Of a stretch of DNA of 64,000 nucleotides, positions 38,456 to 51,200 are shown in pieces. The first letter of the stretch is position 1. Each line of letters starts with the position of its first letter. The stretch spans positions 184,333,741 through 184,397,740 of the forward strand of contig CM041465.1 in NCBI GenBank assembly GCA_023213395.1. Direction: 5' to 3'. This DNA comes from Cycas panzhihuaensis. Taxonomy: Eukaryota > Plantae > Cycadophyta. The notes under the pieces are model-generated. The model was not told the origin of the DNA. It saw only the letters and a list, made by a program, of their open reading frames with translations, and did no database searches. Position numbers and translations under genes: made by a program.

Positions 38456-38816
38456 TGAAGGATGCAAAGGTGTAGAGCGGGACTATAATGGTGAGATAAT
38501 TGCTCATGAGTTAACCATAACCTTGAATATTAGGCAATGTTAAAAAAATATTAGGGAGATATTCCCACCCCATTTATAGGTTATTTTAGGGAGGCAAGCA
38601 CCTCAACCTAACCTACATATTATCCAACAACAATTCAAATTAATATTAAAAAATATAATTAAAAAACATAAACATATACCTTAAGAATAGTGGGTCAACA
38701 TCTGGTGGCTCTAAGTGACTTAGTGTGTGACTCTAGGTACCCTAGGGAGGCCCAAAGGTGGCTTTGAGGGGTCCTAGGTACAAAACTTCATAAGCACATT
38801 AGGGATTATCCTAACA
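38456..38816 (-). repeat. 5' LTR of copia C
   Basis: TGAAGG...CTAACA, with the PBS 2 nt inside. Confidence 0.93.
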
Positions 38817-38821
38817 TTTGT

Positions 38822-40806
38822 CTAATCTAACCTAAATATAATTAGCACCCAATCTTCTATTTGACTAGGTAAACTTAAGCCCTCTTAGTGGAATGTCCAT
38901 CATGCCTCCCTTTTACATGAAATCCCCTAGATCATCCATACTTTTTTTCCATATCCATTATGACCACCTTTCTTTTCCTTAAGAGATAGGGCTATGTTAA
39001 AATCACCAACAATCAAGCAAGGGCTTGTCCACTCCTTATGGGCCTCCAACAGCCTAGCTCATAAGAGCCTCCTCCTCTCTTATGTTAGGGGGGAGTATAT
39101 ATTTGATACTAGCCACTTGATGTTTGACTTTTTTTAGGTCATCCAATTAGATATAAAGCGTTCCTTAATATAATAGGCCTATCCCTTCTAACTTCTGGGA
39201 CTCGACATGGTGGCTAATTTGCTTGATCCCGTAGCTCCATCTGAGGTGATCCACTTGGCTCCCTTCCATACTCTATTCTTGATTTTTTCTCTATTCTCAG
39301 CTACCAATTTAGTGTCTTATAGCAAAAGAATATCCAACTCCAAGTGGGCACACAACTCTTTTACCAATCTATACTTTAATAAGGTATTTATGTCCCATAT
39401 ACTTCAGGAGGTAAGTTTCATGTTAACTCTTCCTTCCCTTTCTTCTATACCTCAACATCTCTTACTTCTTAATTTGGGGCTCTACCCTCCTCCTCCATCT
39501 CTTAGGGTACATTGTGTCCCTTGATCTATCTAAAGCATTACCTCCCTCTCTCATAGCACCTTTAATGATAGCCTCCCAGGCCTCTTCCCACTTCTAAAAT
39601 CAAGACCTTTGGTATGGTCTAGTTCCTTGGCTTCTTCCTAGATACCTATTTCTCTTACCTTCTAGACCTTCTCAAGTTTCCTTTGCTCCTCTTTTCTATC
39701 TTAAGAGGGTCCTTCTACCCCTTGAGGAGGCTCTTTCATATATTTAGTGTTCTCCTTGTTAATGTTTTTGGGATGGATCTCTTTAGGTTGGGTCTAAGGG
39801 AGGTGTGGGGGGGCCCTCAATTCACCCTCCTCTTCTTAAAAAAGGGTATCTTTTTCATCTAGATTTAGGTCATGCCCTGCCTCTATTAGGTTAAGGTCTT
39901 GCCCATCCTCTATTAGATTTGGGTCCTGTTTAGCCTCTGTTTAGATTTCTTTGTTTTCCTTTACCTCTTCAAAGCCCTCTTTGTGGCCATATTGCTCCTC
40001 ATTATCCTTTTTCTTTTCATCGCCATAGAGCGCTAAGGGATTTGGCCTTGGTTCTCTTGGACAACTGTGAGGGAGGTGACCCAAACATTTACACTTTATA
40101 CATCTCACATTTTCTAACTCATACATTAGTTTCTCTTTTCTATTCCACCCAAACCCATCGATTATCACTTGGTCAAGAAGGGATTTATCTGTTCTGGCTA
40201 AAATACAGAACTTGGCATTCACTAATCTACTTCTATTTTTAGTAGTTGAGTCCACTACCAAGAGTGGTCCTATAGCCTTTTCTACCCCTTTAATAATATG
40301 TCTAGATCCCAAGCTTGAAGTGGGAGACCTGGTAATTGAACCCACAAAGGCATTTGCTTAATGGAGTCCTTGGCCAGATCGAAATCTAGGTGCCATTTCT
40401 CCATGAGCACTGCCTTCCTTCCCATCATCCAGTGTGATTTTAGTAGAACATTTACCATATCTTCTTGAAGCATGAACTTGAAAAGTACATACCCTTTTGG
40501 GAGTGCAATAACCTCCACTCGGCCTTTCAACTTCTATCTCTCGCTTACCCATTTCCTTATGGGATTAACCCCCAGCCTAGGGCTTGAAAAGCACCCTACT
40601 AAACTATTTCCCTAATGTTTTTTGATCTGGTCTAATAGTCTCTTAGGTATAGGGATTCAGATTTGGTTCTCATCTATGATGGGATTTATATCAAATGTCT
40701 TAACTTCTTCATTTCTTAGTGCCTCTAGGTATAATTTTCCACTAAGAGGGGTATGGGTCTAATTAAAATTTTATGGTTGTTTTGGTTGATTTAGTAAGGA
40801 ATCCAT
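38822..40806 (-). pseudogene. Outer L1 ORF1 (40806-~39430) and start of ORF2 endonuclease (39421-38822)
   Basis: MPLWVQLPGLPLQAW, CIKCKCLGHLPHSC, a decayed MKLTS*SI start at 39421 and VGDFN. Confidence 0.9.
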
Positions 40807-41574
40807 ATTCCAATTACACACAACTTCCTTCATGATCTATAAAATAGCATAAAAAGCTTCCATTTAAACCAAAACACAATCCTCACCTGCTTTAAAATGA
40901 AGATCTAGTGATTGCACTCGTCTCCTTCTAAGCCACCTATAGGTCCATTCTCTTCTTCTCGCAATAATGTTCTCCATACTACCTCTGAAGCTAATGTATT
41001 CTTGCTATCTGGACCTTGATCTACATCCTCCTAGCTAAGGTATGAGCCCCTCTTTTCGCCCTCTCTGTCCTTTGAATAACCACACTTCACATGGACTAAG
41101 TACAACTCACATATAGCATCTGTGATGAATCCTTGGTAGACTCACCCCTTTTCCGGTTTGGGTTGTTCCTCTCACCTCTATCATTTGATCCATGGCTCTG
41201 TGGATATGTAGCCCTCATCTCTCCATAGGTCTGTTACAACCTCCATCTCATCTCTCCACAAGTCTATTGTAGCCTCCATCTTGGTCCTCTTTACCATCTC
41301 CAAAAGACATCCCTGCTGCCATTGAGAGGATAACTACCTCCCCCGCTCCTGGCCAGGTCTTTACGAGGAGATGCCTCTCCTCTATTGTCCATCTTGGAAG
41401 CCCCAAAGCCCCCCCATGTTCCTTTTGGTTGATGCACTCTAGATCACAAGCACAATTGTCATCTTTGCAAGAACCCTAACATCGTTTGTTGTTCTCTCTT
41501 GAAAGCATTTGTTCTTCTGGGATTCTCTTATTATCAAGTAAACCATATAGAATTCCTTAGTTTTAATAATAATT

Positions 41575-41755
41575 AAGAATTATGATTTTGTAAAAAAGAG
41601 CTTAAGTAATAATCATAGTTATGCTATTTATAACTCCTATAATGATGGAGTTTCTTAACACTTATTTAGAATAATGATTTTGTAAGAAAGAGCTTGAGAA
41701 ACAATTAAAGTTGTACCATTTGCAAGTCCTATAACTATGAAGTTTCTTAATACTA
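41575..41755. repeat. Two 92-bp tandem units (also at 45420-45600)
   Basis: ATGATTTTGT recurs at 41582/41674 and at 45428/45520. Confidence 0.8.
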
Positions 41756-42257
41756 AATGCTTATTTTTAGTATAAAATATAGTTATATTGAGGGTTATAC
41801 TCTTAAAGGAATAATGAATGCTACTATTACAATTATATATAAATTTATTTCATTAATATTTCATTATATCTTAAGAAAAACTTAGTTGTCTCTACACAGT
41901 ATATTAGGAAATCATACAAGTAAGTTTATCTAAACAACTATTTTAATTAATTAGAAAAAAGGATTTTTTCCTTTCTTAATTAAGTATGATGTCGTATGGC
42001 CATTAGTGTATGTATGGATGAATTTTGGATGGATGGTTATATAATGTGAAGTATAACATACACACATGTGTGTATAGATAGATAGATAGACATAACACCT
42101 CACTACTATATACTCTCTTATTATTATTATTATTTTTCCTAAACTTAACATACTTCTTAACCCTAAATCCCTCTTTTAAACTATATCCTTCCTCATTATT
42201 CTACCATTGCCTTATAAGCCTTTATGTTATATCTCCACCCTTGATATACCCTCCAAA

Positions 42258-43790
42258 TGTAATGTAATGCTACTTTTTTAAGCATTAATAAGTGAGAACC
42301 ACCAAAGGGTTAAGAATTGATATTAAGCTTTGTGTACAGGCCATTAAACCCTCCAATAAGATGTAAGACCATTAAGCCTGCCAATAAGATCATAAGAAGG
42401 AGACCTCTGATATGTTTATTTAAGGGTTAGACATTACTTGTAAAGTTGTTTACTATTATTATGTTTTGAAAAGAAAGTACTTTGATACTCCTTTTTGGTA
42501 CTCATTGTGTTTTGTGTGATTTATTTGAGTGATTTATTTTGAATAAGTACAAAAATTAACCTTCTGTCTCTAATTTAAAGTGGATTTACAAGGTTGATTC
42601 CTAAGGAAAATGCTCTAAGTGGTATTAGAGCCTAGTTTGGAAACCTTGTAAAAGGTTTTAAGAGTAGAAAAGGGATTTCGCCCCCCTCTTAGTAATATTT
42701 AGAACCCTTCTCTTATAGAAATTTATTCAATTTTCAGTCACCTATATTTTCTATAGTTTTAGTTTTTTAAATATTTTTATTTAGATCTACACCCTCCCTC
42801 CCTCTCTTTTCTAGGGTAGATAACTTTGCTTGGCAACTACCTAATTTATTAGAGACCTTGTGTTAAGGGTCTATAAAAATTATAAGGATTTGTCATCCTA
42901 ACTAAGTGCACCATGGTTTTTTTATCCCTTGCATGAATGACTAGAGATAACACTCTTAAATTAAACCCTAGATAGAACTTGACTATGAAATATGCCTCCA
43001 TATATCTTGAGGTATATAAAAGGACCCTTATAGGTTTCTTCTCTATCCTAACATAAGTAACCCTTCTATTATTTATCCTCTATGGTGTATGGATTAGTGG
43101 TTAATGCCCAAAAGTTACTCTACATAACTATAGACCTTATAAAGATGGTGTTTCCTTTATAAGTAGTGCCCTGAGATATTGGGTTAAGTTATAATATTGA
43201 CAGAGAAGTTTATTAGAGGGCTTATAGAATTAAACACTCCTCTGTCAAGTATCTAGCAGGCTTCCCCAAAAAAACATTGAGCCTATGACAAAATTGTCGA
43301 CCATCTAGTTATTGTGAGTATAGACTTAAAAAGCAAAGGCCATAACTTTATCAATTTTGATTAGGTTCAAAAATGGCTTGAACCACTACATTTATTAAAA
43401 AAAAAAAAAAATCCATGGTAAACTATTAAAATTTATATATCTTATTTCAATCAACACATCGTACTGATCATTTTACACTAGCTCAGTTTTTACAATTAAT
43501 TTTTATGTATAAGCTACTAAGCCCTCCAATAAGATGTAAGGTCATTAAGGCCACCAATAGGATTACAATAAGGAGACTCTCTATATGTCTATTTAGGGGT
43601 CAAATATCACTTGTAAAGTTGTTGACTATTATTATCTTTTAAAGAGAAAGCACTTTGGTACTCCCTTCTAGTGCTCATTGTGTTTTGTGTGATTTATTTA
43701 AGTGATTTGTTTTGAATAAGTATGAAAATAATCCTTTCATCTCCTATTTACAATGGATTTGCAAGGTTGATTCCTAGAGGAAACACTCTA
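42258..43790 (+). mobile_element. Small non-coding LTR element (TRIM-like or internally deleted)
   Basis: Direct repeats ~42334-42617 and ~43506-43790, PBS TGGTATTAGAGCC at 42620, and degenerate TSD CCAAA/TTAAA (CTAAA in the empty copy A). No coding capacity. Confidence 0.75.
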
Positions 43791-44699
43791 TTAAACCTCT
43801 TACGTATATAAGATTCATACCATGTTAACTAATCCAAAATTGGGTTTCCATTTTCCCATCCTAAATATCTCTATATAAAACACTTATACCTATGAGATCC
43901 TAAATATATTTTCTATTCCTTGGTCTTTGTTCATACTAAACTCCTCTCCCTATCTCCAACCTTATTCTCCTATTCAACTTCCCATGGATGTAATATAATA
44001 GGATACAAGACCTAAAATAAGATGAGTTCACAAGACATAGGTTCTATAATTGTTCACATGTAGAATCTTATATAAAGAGTTATCTAAGAAATGACATAAT
44101 TACAAACATAAAGAAACATATATGATACTTCTAGAAGATGACATAAAATCATACTAAGCTCCTATGATATCTTGGCTTTAGTAGGTGATGGATTGAATAC
44201 ATACATTGCCTCTTATATGCTTCAAGAGCAAAGCATTTTGAGTAGGGTAAAATATTCATTGATTTAAATGAAAGTAATGAAGACCAAGGATACAAGTATT
44301 TTATTATTGATATGTCAAAATAAAATACTTTGAAGACAAAGTATCTTAACGAAGGAAAAATTATAAGAACCTAATGAAGATGGCATCTTTAGTTAATATT
44401 TTATTAATTATTAAAGTTATCTCCAATATTAAGGTATATATAAAGGAGATAGAGCCTTATGCAATGACACTATTATTTTATTTCTCTTCATGATAGATCA
44501 CTTCCACACCTTTGTATTTTAATGCATTTATTTTTTCTATCATTCTATTATTCTAAATAATTGTTACTACACTTTTATTATCTAATAATTATTTATTGAA
44601 TTTATTTATTATATGCTTTTTATTTTATTATTATTTGTTATTTTTCTTATCAATTATCTTTTAATCTATTCTAACTTCTTTAAGTTTACCTCCTCTTGT

Positions 44700-44885
44700 T
44701 TTGTAAGGTTAACTAGTAGAAAGTAATTACTGGCATATTTAGGTGTTTAAATGTAATTTCCCATAAATTAGAATACTCCATATAGATAAAGTATACTTTG
44801 ACCTATTTAATCCATCCATTTAATTTTTCTAGATCTAAGCTTCCATGAAATGAAAGTATCTCAAATTTTATTTCAATCTTTAAGG
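44700..44885 (-). pseudogene. CRM-like gag N-terminal relic (copy B)
   Basis: KIEIKFEILSFHGSLDLEKLNGWIK*VKVYFIYMEYSNLWEITFKHL. Confidence 0.7.
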
Positions 44886-45801
44886 GACTATAACAATCCA
44901 AGGAATTTTAAGTTTTTGATCAACCTTTTGAGGTCATATTCTCTAATAGATTTGCTCTTGATATATTAATGTCATTATTGAGTATTCCTACTATTATGAT
45001 TACAATGATCAAAGAGGATAAACTTCATTGGATGAGGAATTACTTCTAAAATTAAACTAGACCATAAAGCATACATATTAATACCATACTAAACCATTAA
45101 TGAGGCATTATTCTTAAAGTTAAAAGAAATCTATAAAAGATAGATATTAATATCATATCAAACCATGAATTCAATTGAGAATTAATGATAGATCTAAATG
45201 TTAAAGAATGGTGTTAAAATAAATACATAATCCATAATGTTAGCAGCTAATGCTATAGCAACAATAATGAAAGTTGACACCATACTAAAAGAGATATTAA
45301 TATTAGATTCTTATATAAATAAGAATTTTGAAATTAAAATTATTAGAGGGGGAAGATATTTCAATATGTGGCATTATTATCAAGTAAATTGTAAAGAATC
45401 CCTTTGTTTTAATAATAATTAAGAATCATGATTTTGTAAAAAGGATCTTAAGTAATGATCAAAGTTATGCTATTTGTAAGTCTTATAACTATGGAGTTTC
45501 TTGATATTAATTAAGAGTAATGATTTTGTAAGAAAGAACTCAAGTACTAATTAAAGTTGTGTTGTTTGCAAGTCTTATAACTATGGAGTTTGTTAACAGT
45601 AAATGATTTTTTTGACATATAATTTAACATAAAATATAGTTTTGTAAGGTTTATACTCTTAAAGGATTAATGAATGCTACCATTGCAATTATATATAAAT
45701 TTATTTTATCATCTTTTAAGAAAAGCTTAGTTATTTTTACATATTATATCAAGCAAATCACATGAATAAGTTTATCTAAATAATTTCCCTTTTTAAGCAT
45801 G

Positions 45802-47747
45802 CAGAACATGCCAAATGGTTGGGACCGTAGGATATCTATACTATGAGGTGTAATGTGAGACCTAATGTGTAGAATCTCAATGCATGTAAGCAAATCTTAT
45901 GACACCAACTTTAGGTGTCCATGCACTTGTTGAGCACGGCGGCAAGGATATAGGTGTTATCTACCTAGGAAACTAAATTAAGGGCATGTAATGTGAGGTT
46001 CATGCATATGAAGGTCAATTTGTGGTGATGTTGGAATGGATATTTCTCTTTTTATTTTAGTTCCTTTTAATTTCTCCTTTCATCAGACCTAAGACAAACT
46101 AAAGAGGCCAAATCCACAAAACCTAATGTAAACTAAATATATTTTTCTTTTGCATGAACATAATTAATACCCTAATGTTAGCCTTTATGGCATATCCCCT
46201 TGCAGATTTAATACTTGTGACAACATGGTTCCACCTCACGTCTCGGGTTTGAAATAAAGCAAAAAAATGCTCGACTTATCTCCCTACTTCTATGATGCAA
46301 TGTATATGCAAATGATAAAAGAAGAAAATATAACTATCTTCTTCTTCTTCTTTTTCTTTTATGAAAAGAGAGTAAGAGAGAAAGAAGAGAGTAAGAAACG
46401 AACTAAGGTTCCTTTATCTTATCTTTTTTTCCCCCCCTTTAAATACAAATAACAATTCAAACCACTAGGGTGCACTTGGTGGGATGGTGGCTATAGTAGT
46501 CTAAATCTTCCTTTTGAAGTACCAAAGATGCTCCTAAGAGGGATCAAAGAAGAAGTAATGTACTACTAATAGGATTTAAGAAAAGTTTGGTAGCATTTCT
46601 TCTTGTCAAATAGATCTATGATGAAATAAAAAATGATGCAAAGATGAACTTTGAAGAAAAGAATGGAAATAGAATATTACTTTACCTCCTTAAAGTGTGG
46701 TTGATATTTTGGGTCATTATGACTTACTTGAGTGATAATGTTTGGGTTGAAAATCTCGTAAATTTCTTCCCTCTTTCCTACATATATATTAGTAACCTTT
46801 TTAGGAGAATTTGTAGCTAATGGTAGTTGTTGTTCTCCTTTAAGGATTCCTAAATTGCTTGAGGTGTTTATACTTCCGATCTTCAAATGGGTGCTAACAA
46901 CATACATCAAGTGACCAATTTCTATAGAAAATTCAGTAGCATAATGGTAGGATTTCATTATCTCAAAAATCTCCTCCCCTCCATCAGAAAAAGGAGGGGA
47001 TTATATAGATAAAATAAAGGTGGGAGATTAGTGGTTTTCTATCCACAATGCTTGAAAAACCATATGCTTAAAACTTTGAGTTTTGCTTATGGTTTGAGGA
47101 ATTTTACTTGGGAGAAGTAAGATTTGGAATGATATGTGCCTCTTGGGCCTCCCAATCCTAACATAGGCCTACTTAGATCTAACATGGCCTACCCAGCCCT
47201 AGCAATAAGGCATTGATAAGTTGATTGTCACCTTAAATCCTGAATCTAGGTTGGTCATAATCATATCACAAATATATTTATGGTACCATGAAGTACTTTG
47301 TATTATTACTATTCCAAGTAAAAATAAGAGTAGTATACAACAATTTAGTAATTTTCAATAAATAATCATGTAATTAGGCTACAAACTCACTAATGGCAGA
47401 TCTTAGGGGCAAGTATAGTTAACAACAAGTGGCCAAGTTATGAAAATAAAACCTAATGGGCAAAAACATAATAAAAATTAACAAAGAAACAAAGTTGCAA
47501 GTGAAGGGGGGATATTGTTTCCTAGTTTAGAAAGCCTGATGGGTGGACTAAATGGCCATGTACTAAAGTTGTACTTATCATCGATATAAAGGGGACATGA
47601 ACAAGCAACTGAATAGGCACATCGAGCATACATCAACTATCTAATATTAAATAAAGATCAATAAGATGAGAAAAGTTGAGAGGCATACATGTACTTACTT
47701 GTTTGTCGCCATATCTTAGCCCATTTCTAGAGACCATGAAACAACAT
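45802..47747. other. Unclassified ~1.95 kb segment present in copy B only
   Basis: The flanks TTAAGCATG and GTATGATAACATATGG are contiguous in copy A (~41980-42000). No clear TIR or LTR. Confidence 0.5.
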
Positions 47748-48239
47748 GTATGATAACATATGGATATTAGTTTAAGTATGGATGAATTTTGAGTGGATGA
47801 TTATACAATGTGAAGCATAACACGCTCACACACACACATATAGAAAATTTAAAATCATATATTTTATATATTACATGCTTGCTTAGGTTTAATAGATTAT
47901 AACTATTTCTAATCATAAATGATTGTTAACATGATTTTGTTTAATGTGTGATTCCAAAATTAATAGAAGTAATATTTTTTTAAGAGATTGATTATGGATA
48001 TTTTTTAGTGTAAGAAGTATTACTTAAGGGGAATCTATTTTATTATTAATAATAAACATATGCACACATAAATTTATATGACCAACATGATAACATAATC
48101 ATGGTCACTTATAGACATTGATTTCAAATTGGCTACATGTGATTGCACGTGAGCCCTTCTTTGCAAATTCTCAATAGTAGCCCTTAGTTAAGAGGTACAT
48201 ATTAGTGGCTAGGTTTTTTTTCATTTTTAGCTGTTAATG

Positions 48240-51200
48240 GAGATACTTTTCTTTTCCTTCCACTAGACTCAATGGAACATGATATAAGACATGCATATAA
48301 TAATAGGTAATATCTAAGGCCTCAATCTATTTAGGCCTTAGAACCTCTATAAGAATGCCTTCGTAGGAAACATGTGTAGCTCGATGTATCAAATAATCAA
48401 TAAAATGATCTCCTCAATGAAGTTAGAGACTTCTTTCTCTTTCATCCACATGAGCTTATTACTCAGGTTCATGTTCCATAGTATGAGAATCAGAACAACA
48501 TCACAAATAAAGAGCTCTTAAGTACACTACTGGAAATTATGAATCATGATACAAGTACACTTACCTTTCTTATCAAAGACATTGAAAGCATTTGTATGAA
48601 ACTTTAAGTAAAAACCTTCATTGACAAGTTCAATAATTTGTACTCTCCTATTTGGTCTCTTAAAGATTGTGCAAAATCTATATGGGGTCCTATCTTATTA
48701 TGTAAGGTTACATTCAAGCTTAAAGATGAAGGTTTCTTCAATATCTTCTTCTCTAATATAATAGACTTGGAAAAGGTTCTATATGACATCCCATGGTTCA
48801 TATGTAACTTAGGCCTGGCTCTCCAACATTGGATGCCAATGTTTAACTTAAGCAATCTAGGACCTCTAAAAATCCCAATCTAGGTTTGGTTATCCTTTTT
48901 GCCTAATGAATTTAGAGAATGAGAGTGTCTCATTAAAATCATCTCCATGTTGGGTAAGGTCATCACATCGGATTCAAATACACTAGATCACACATTAGGA
49001 GGAGTGGCAAAAGTGTGTGTCGAGTTTGACATGAAAAAAGTACTAAAGAAACACTTATTTATCAAGGTAGCTAATAAATCAATAAAAATCAATCTAGATT
49101 ATGAAAGAGTTCCTTTGAGATACATTGCTTCCCATAACATTGGGCACGTGCAAAAGTTTTGTCATCTATTTTAAGCTCCTCCCAGTCTAGTCCCCTAGAG
49201 AGATGAAGTTATCCTAGACTAAATGCCCCCTCACCAACCAGTAGCTAATAAGGTCAATAGAGAGAAGAAGCAACATGTAGTAAATGATCTAAATATCAAT
49301 AGAATAATTTCTGAAGGCCAAATGTAAATGGCTAACTATCAATGTCATATGACTATAACTTAGACAAGAGATGATGCTAAGTGGACTCTTGTTACTAATT
49401 GAGTAAAAAGCAAAGGTAAAGGTCACCTTACAAGTGAACAGTCTTCACAGTCAGAGTACAATGACTCCTAAGACAAATTCAAGAAAAGGTTGAAGGCTAC
49501 TACTATGTTTTAAGGCCAATCATCATAAGCCACCATTACATCTATTACAGGGTATCAATAAGACAACCCAGTCAATATGCACATGGATGAAGCAGACTCC
49601 CCAAGCTACATCTCAGAAACTTAGTGGTTAAAATTACCTAATGTGAATGATCTTCAATTACAATATCATATACCCAGCCATGACGGAGTTCTACATTGCA
49701 CTAAGCTCAAAACATTGGTTTGTACTACTTCCTCTCAGCCTAATAAATAAAAATAATCTTTCAGTTATTACTTGGAATATTAGGGAAATTGGCCATCCCC
49801 ATTTTTATAAATGCATTGAGCTAAAGTGCATTATTCAATACCACTAGCCCTATTTTCTTATCCTCACAAAAACTCACATCATTTATGGTAGTAATATCAA
49901 GCTTACTATTTGTATTATTTGGTATTTGGCCTAATGGAAAATAATTCTTCTAGATCAACCTACCAGAGGTCTCTACATTCTATGCAATAATCAGTTGGAG
50001 ACACTTCACTATATAAAAAGTTTATTTTATGATTGGTTGTGCTTGAAAATGTAAAAGGATTAATTTGTTTACTAGGTTATCAAGGTTTATGCCTCAATAG
50101 ATGCTTGTATTAAACACGAATTATGGTAAGTTTTAACAAATGCATTAAATTCTAACTAGGTCGATCATGGCCACATCCTTCTTTTGGAAGACTTCAATGT
50201 TATGGAATCTCCATTTGACAAAATATGTAGTAATTTCAAAAGGCCATTCCAAAAGAACAATTCATCATTCTCTAATCTTAAAGATAGATTTAGTCTTTTA
50301 GAATTACCTTGGAAGGGACCTCTACTCTTTACATAGACTAATAATCAGTTGGGTAATAACTTTATAGTTGAAAGGCTTGATAGAGCCTATATTTCTACTT
50401 CTCTTAGCCTTCTTATTACTTGTTATCAATATATTTTGATAAATGCTACCATGATCTCTAATCATATTCGAATCAAGATCTAATTCTCCACTATGGTTGA
50501 TACATCTATTTTAGGGAAGATAAATTTTAAATTTAATATAAGCCTACTCAAATTAGAGGAGTTTAGAAATTCTTTGTAACAATGGTGGTCTATCCTTTAC
50601 AATAGATCAAGCTATTTAGTTAGTCAAAGTGCCCATTAGACAATGATTATGAAAGGCCTCAAATCTCACATCAAATAGTTTAGCAAAGAGTGTAAATGTC
50701 GGTTCAAGGAATGAAGAGAATCCATATTGCACACCCTTCACTCTATATGAAAAGAATTTGAAGAGGGTAAATGATCTCTCAATCTTTGTTCCAAGTTTCA
50801 TGATCTTAATGATTAATTTCTCCTCATGTAGAAATAGGAAGCCGAAAAATAAAAAGCTTGGACCAATATTCAATAGAAACTTCATGCTAATCAAAACTCA
50901 AAATTCTTTAATCACTATACTAAAACTATGTAGCATCAATAAACTCTCAAGTGTTTGTAGGTCTCTCCTTCTGAGATTATGTATTCTCGCTATAAAATTC
51001 AAGAAGATATTTTCCAATATTTTGACAAACTATGGACCACTCAGTGCCTCTCTTCATCTAGGGCTTAAGCCTCATAAATCATTCTCTCTAAAGTGCAACC
51101 TATTCTTAATGATTGTTATAAGAATCTTAACGAATCTCTTAGTAAGTTAATCACAAAAGAGCAAATGCATAAAATTATGGCTAATCTTCCTCATAGTAAA

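Larger units (their letters stand above)
24087..38816 (-). mobile_element. Copia C: full-length decayed Ty1/copia with a 3.3 kb 5' leader, interrupted by the inner LINE
   Basis: LTRs at 24087-24448 and 38456-38816 (~360 bp). TSD is TCTGT/TTTGT (24082-24086, 38817-38821). PBS is ACTCTAATACCA at 38442-38453 and PPT is TTCTCCCCC at 24449-24457. Confidence 0.93.
20326..41527 (-). mobile_element. Outer L1 LINE (full length, decayed), interrupted by copia C
   Basis: Poly(T) at 20326 and TSD TTATTATCAAG (20315-20325, 41528-41538). The empty site is visible in copy B (~45375). The ORF2 motif RLDRVVVN reads across the copia insertion. Confidence 0.93.
18520..42090. repeat. Copy A of an old ~2.4 kb tandem duplication (18520-20325 + 41539-42090), interrupted by the LINE nest
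   Basis: Colinear, at roughly 80% identity by eye, with 42130-42257 + 43791-45800 + 47750-47840. Confidence 0.85.
42130..47840. repeat. Copy B of the tandem duplication, with two insertions
   Basis: Colinear with copy A outside 42258-43790 and ~45802-47747. Confidence 0.85.

Noticed and set aside
41575-41755. Repeat-spacer pattern suggestive of CRISPR
   Set aside because: Only two full-length degenerate 92-bp tandem units, with no unique spacers, in a eukaryotic context.
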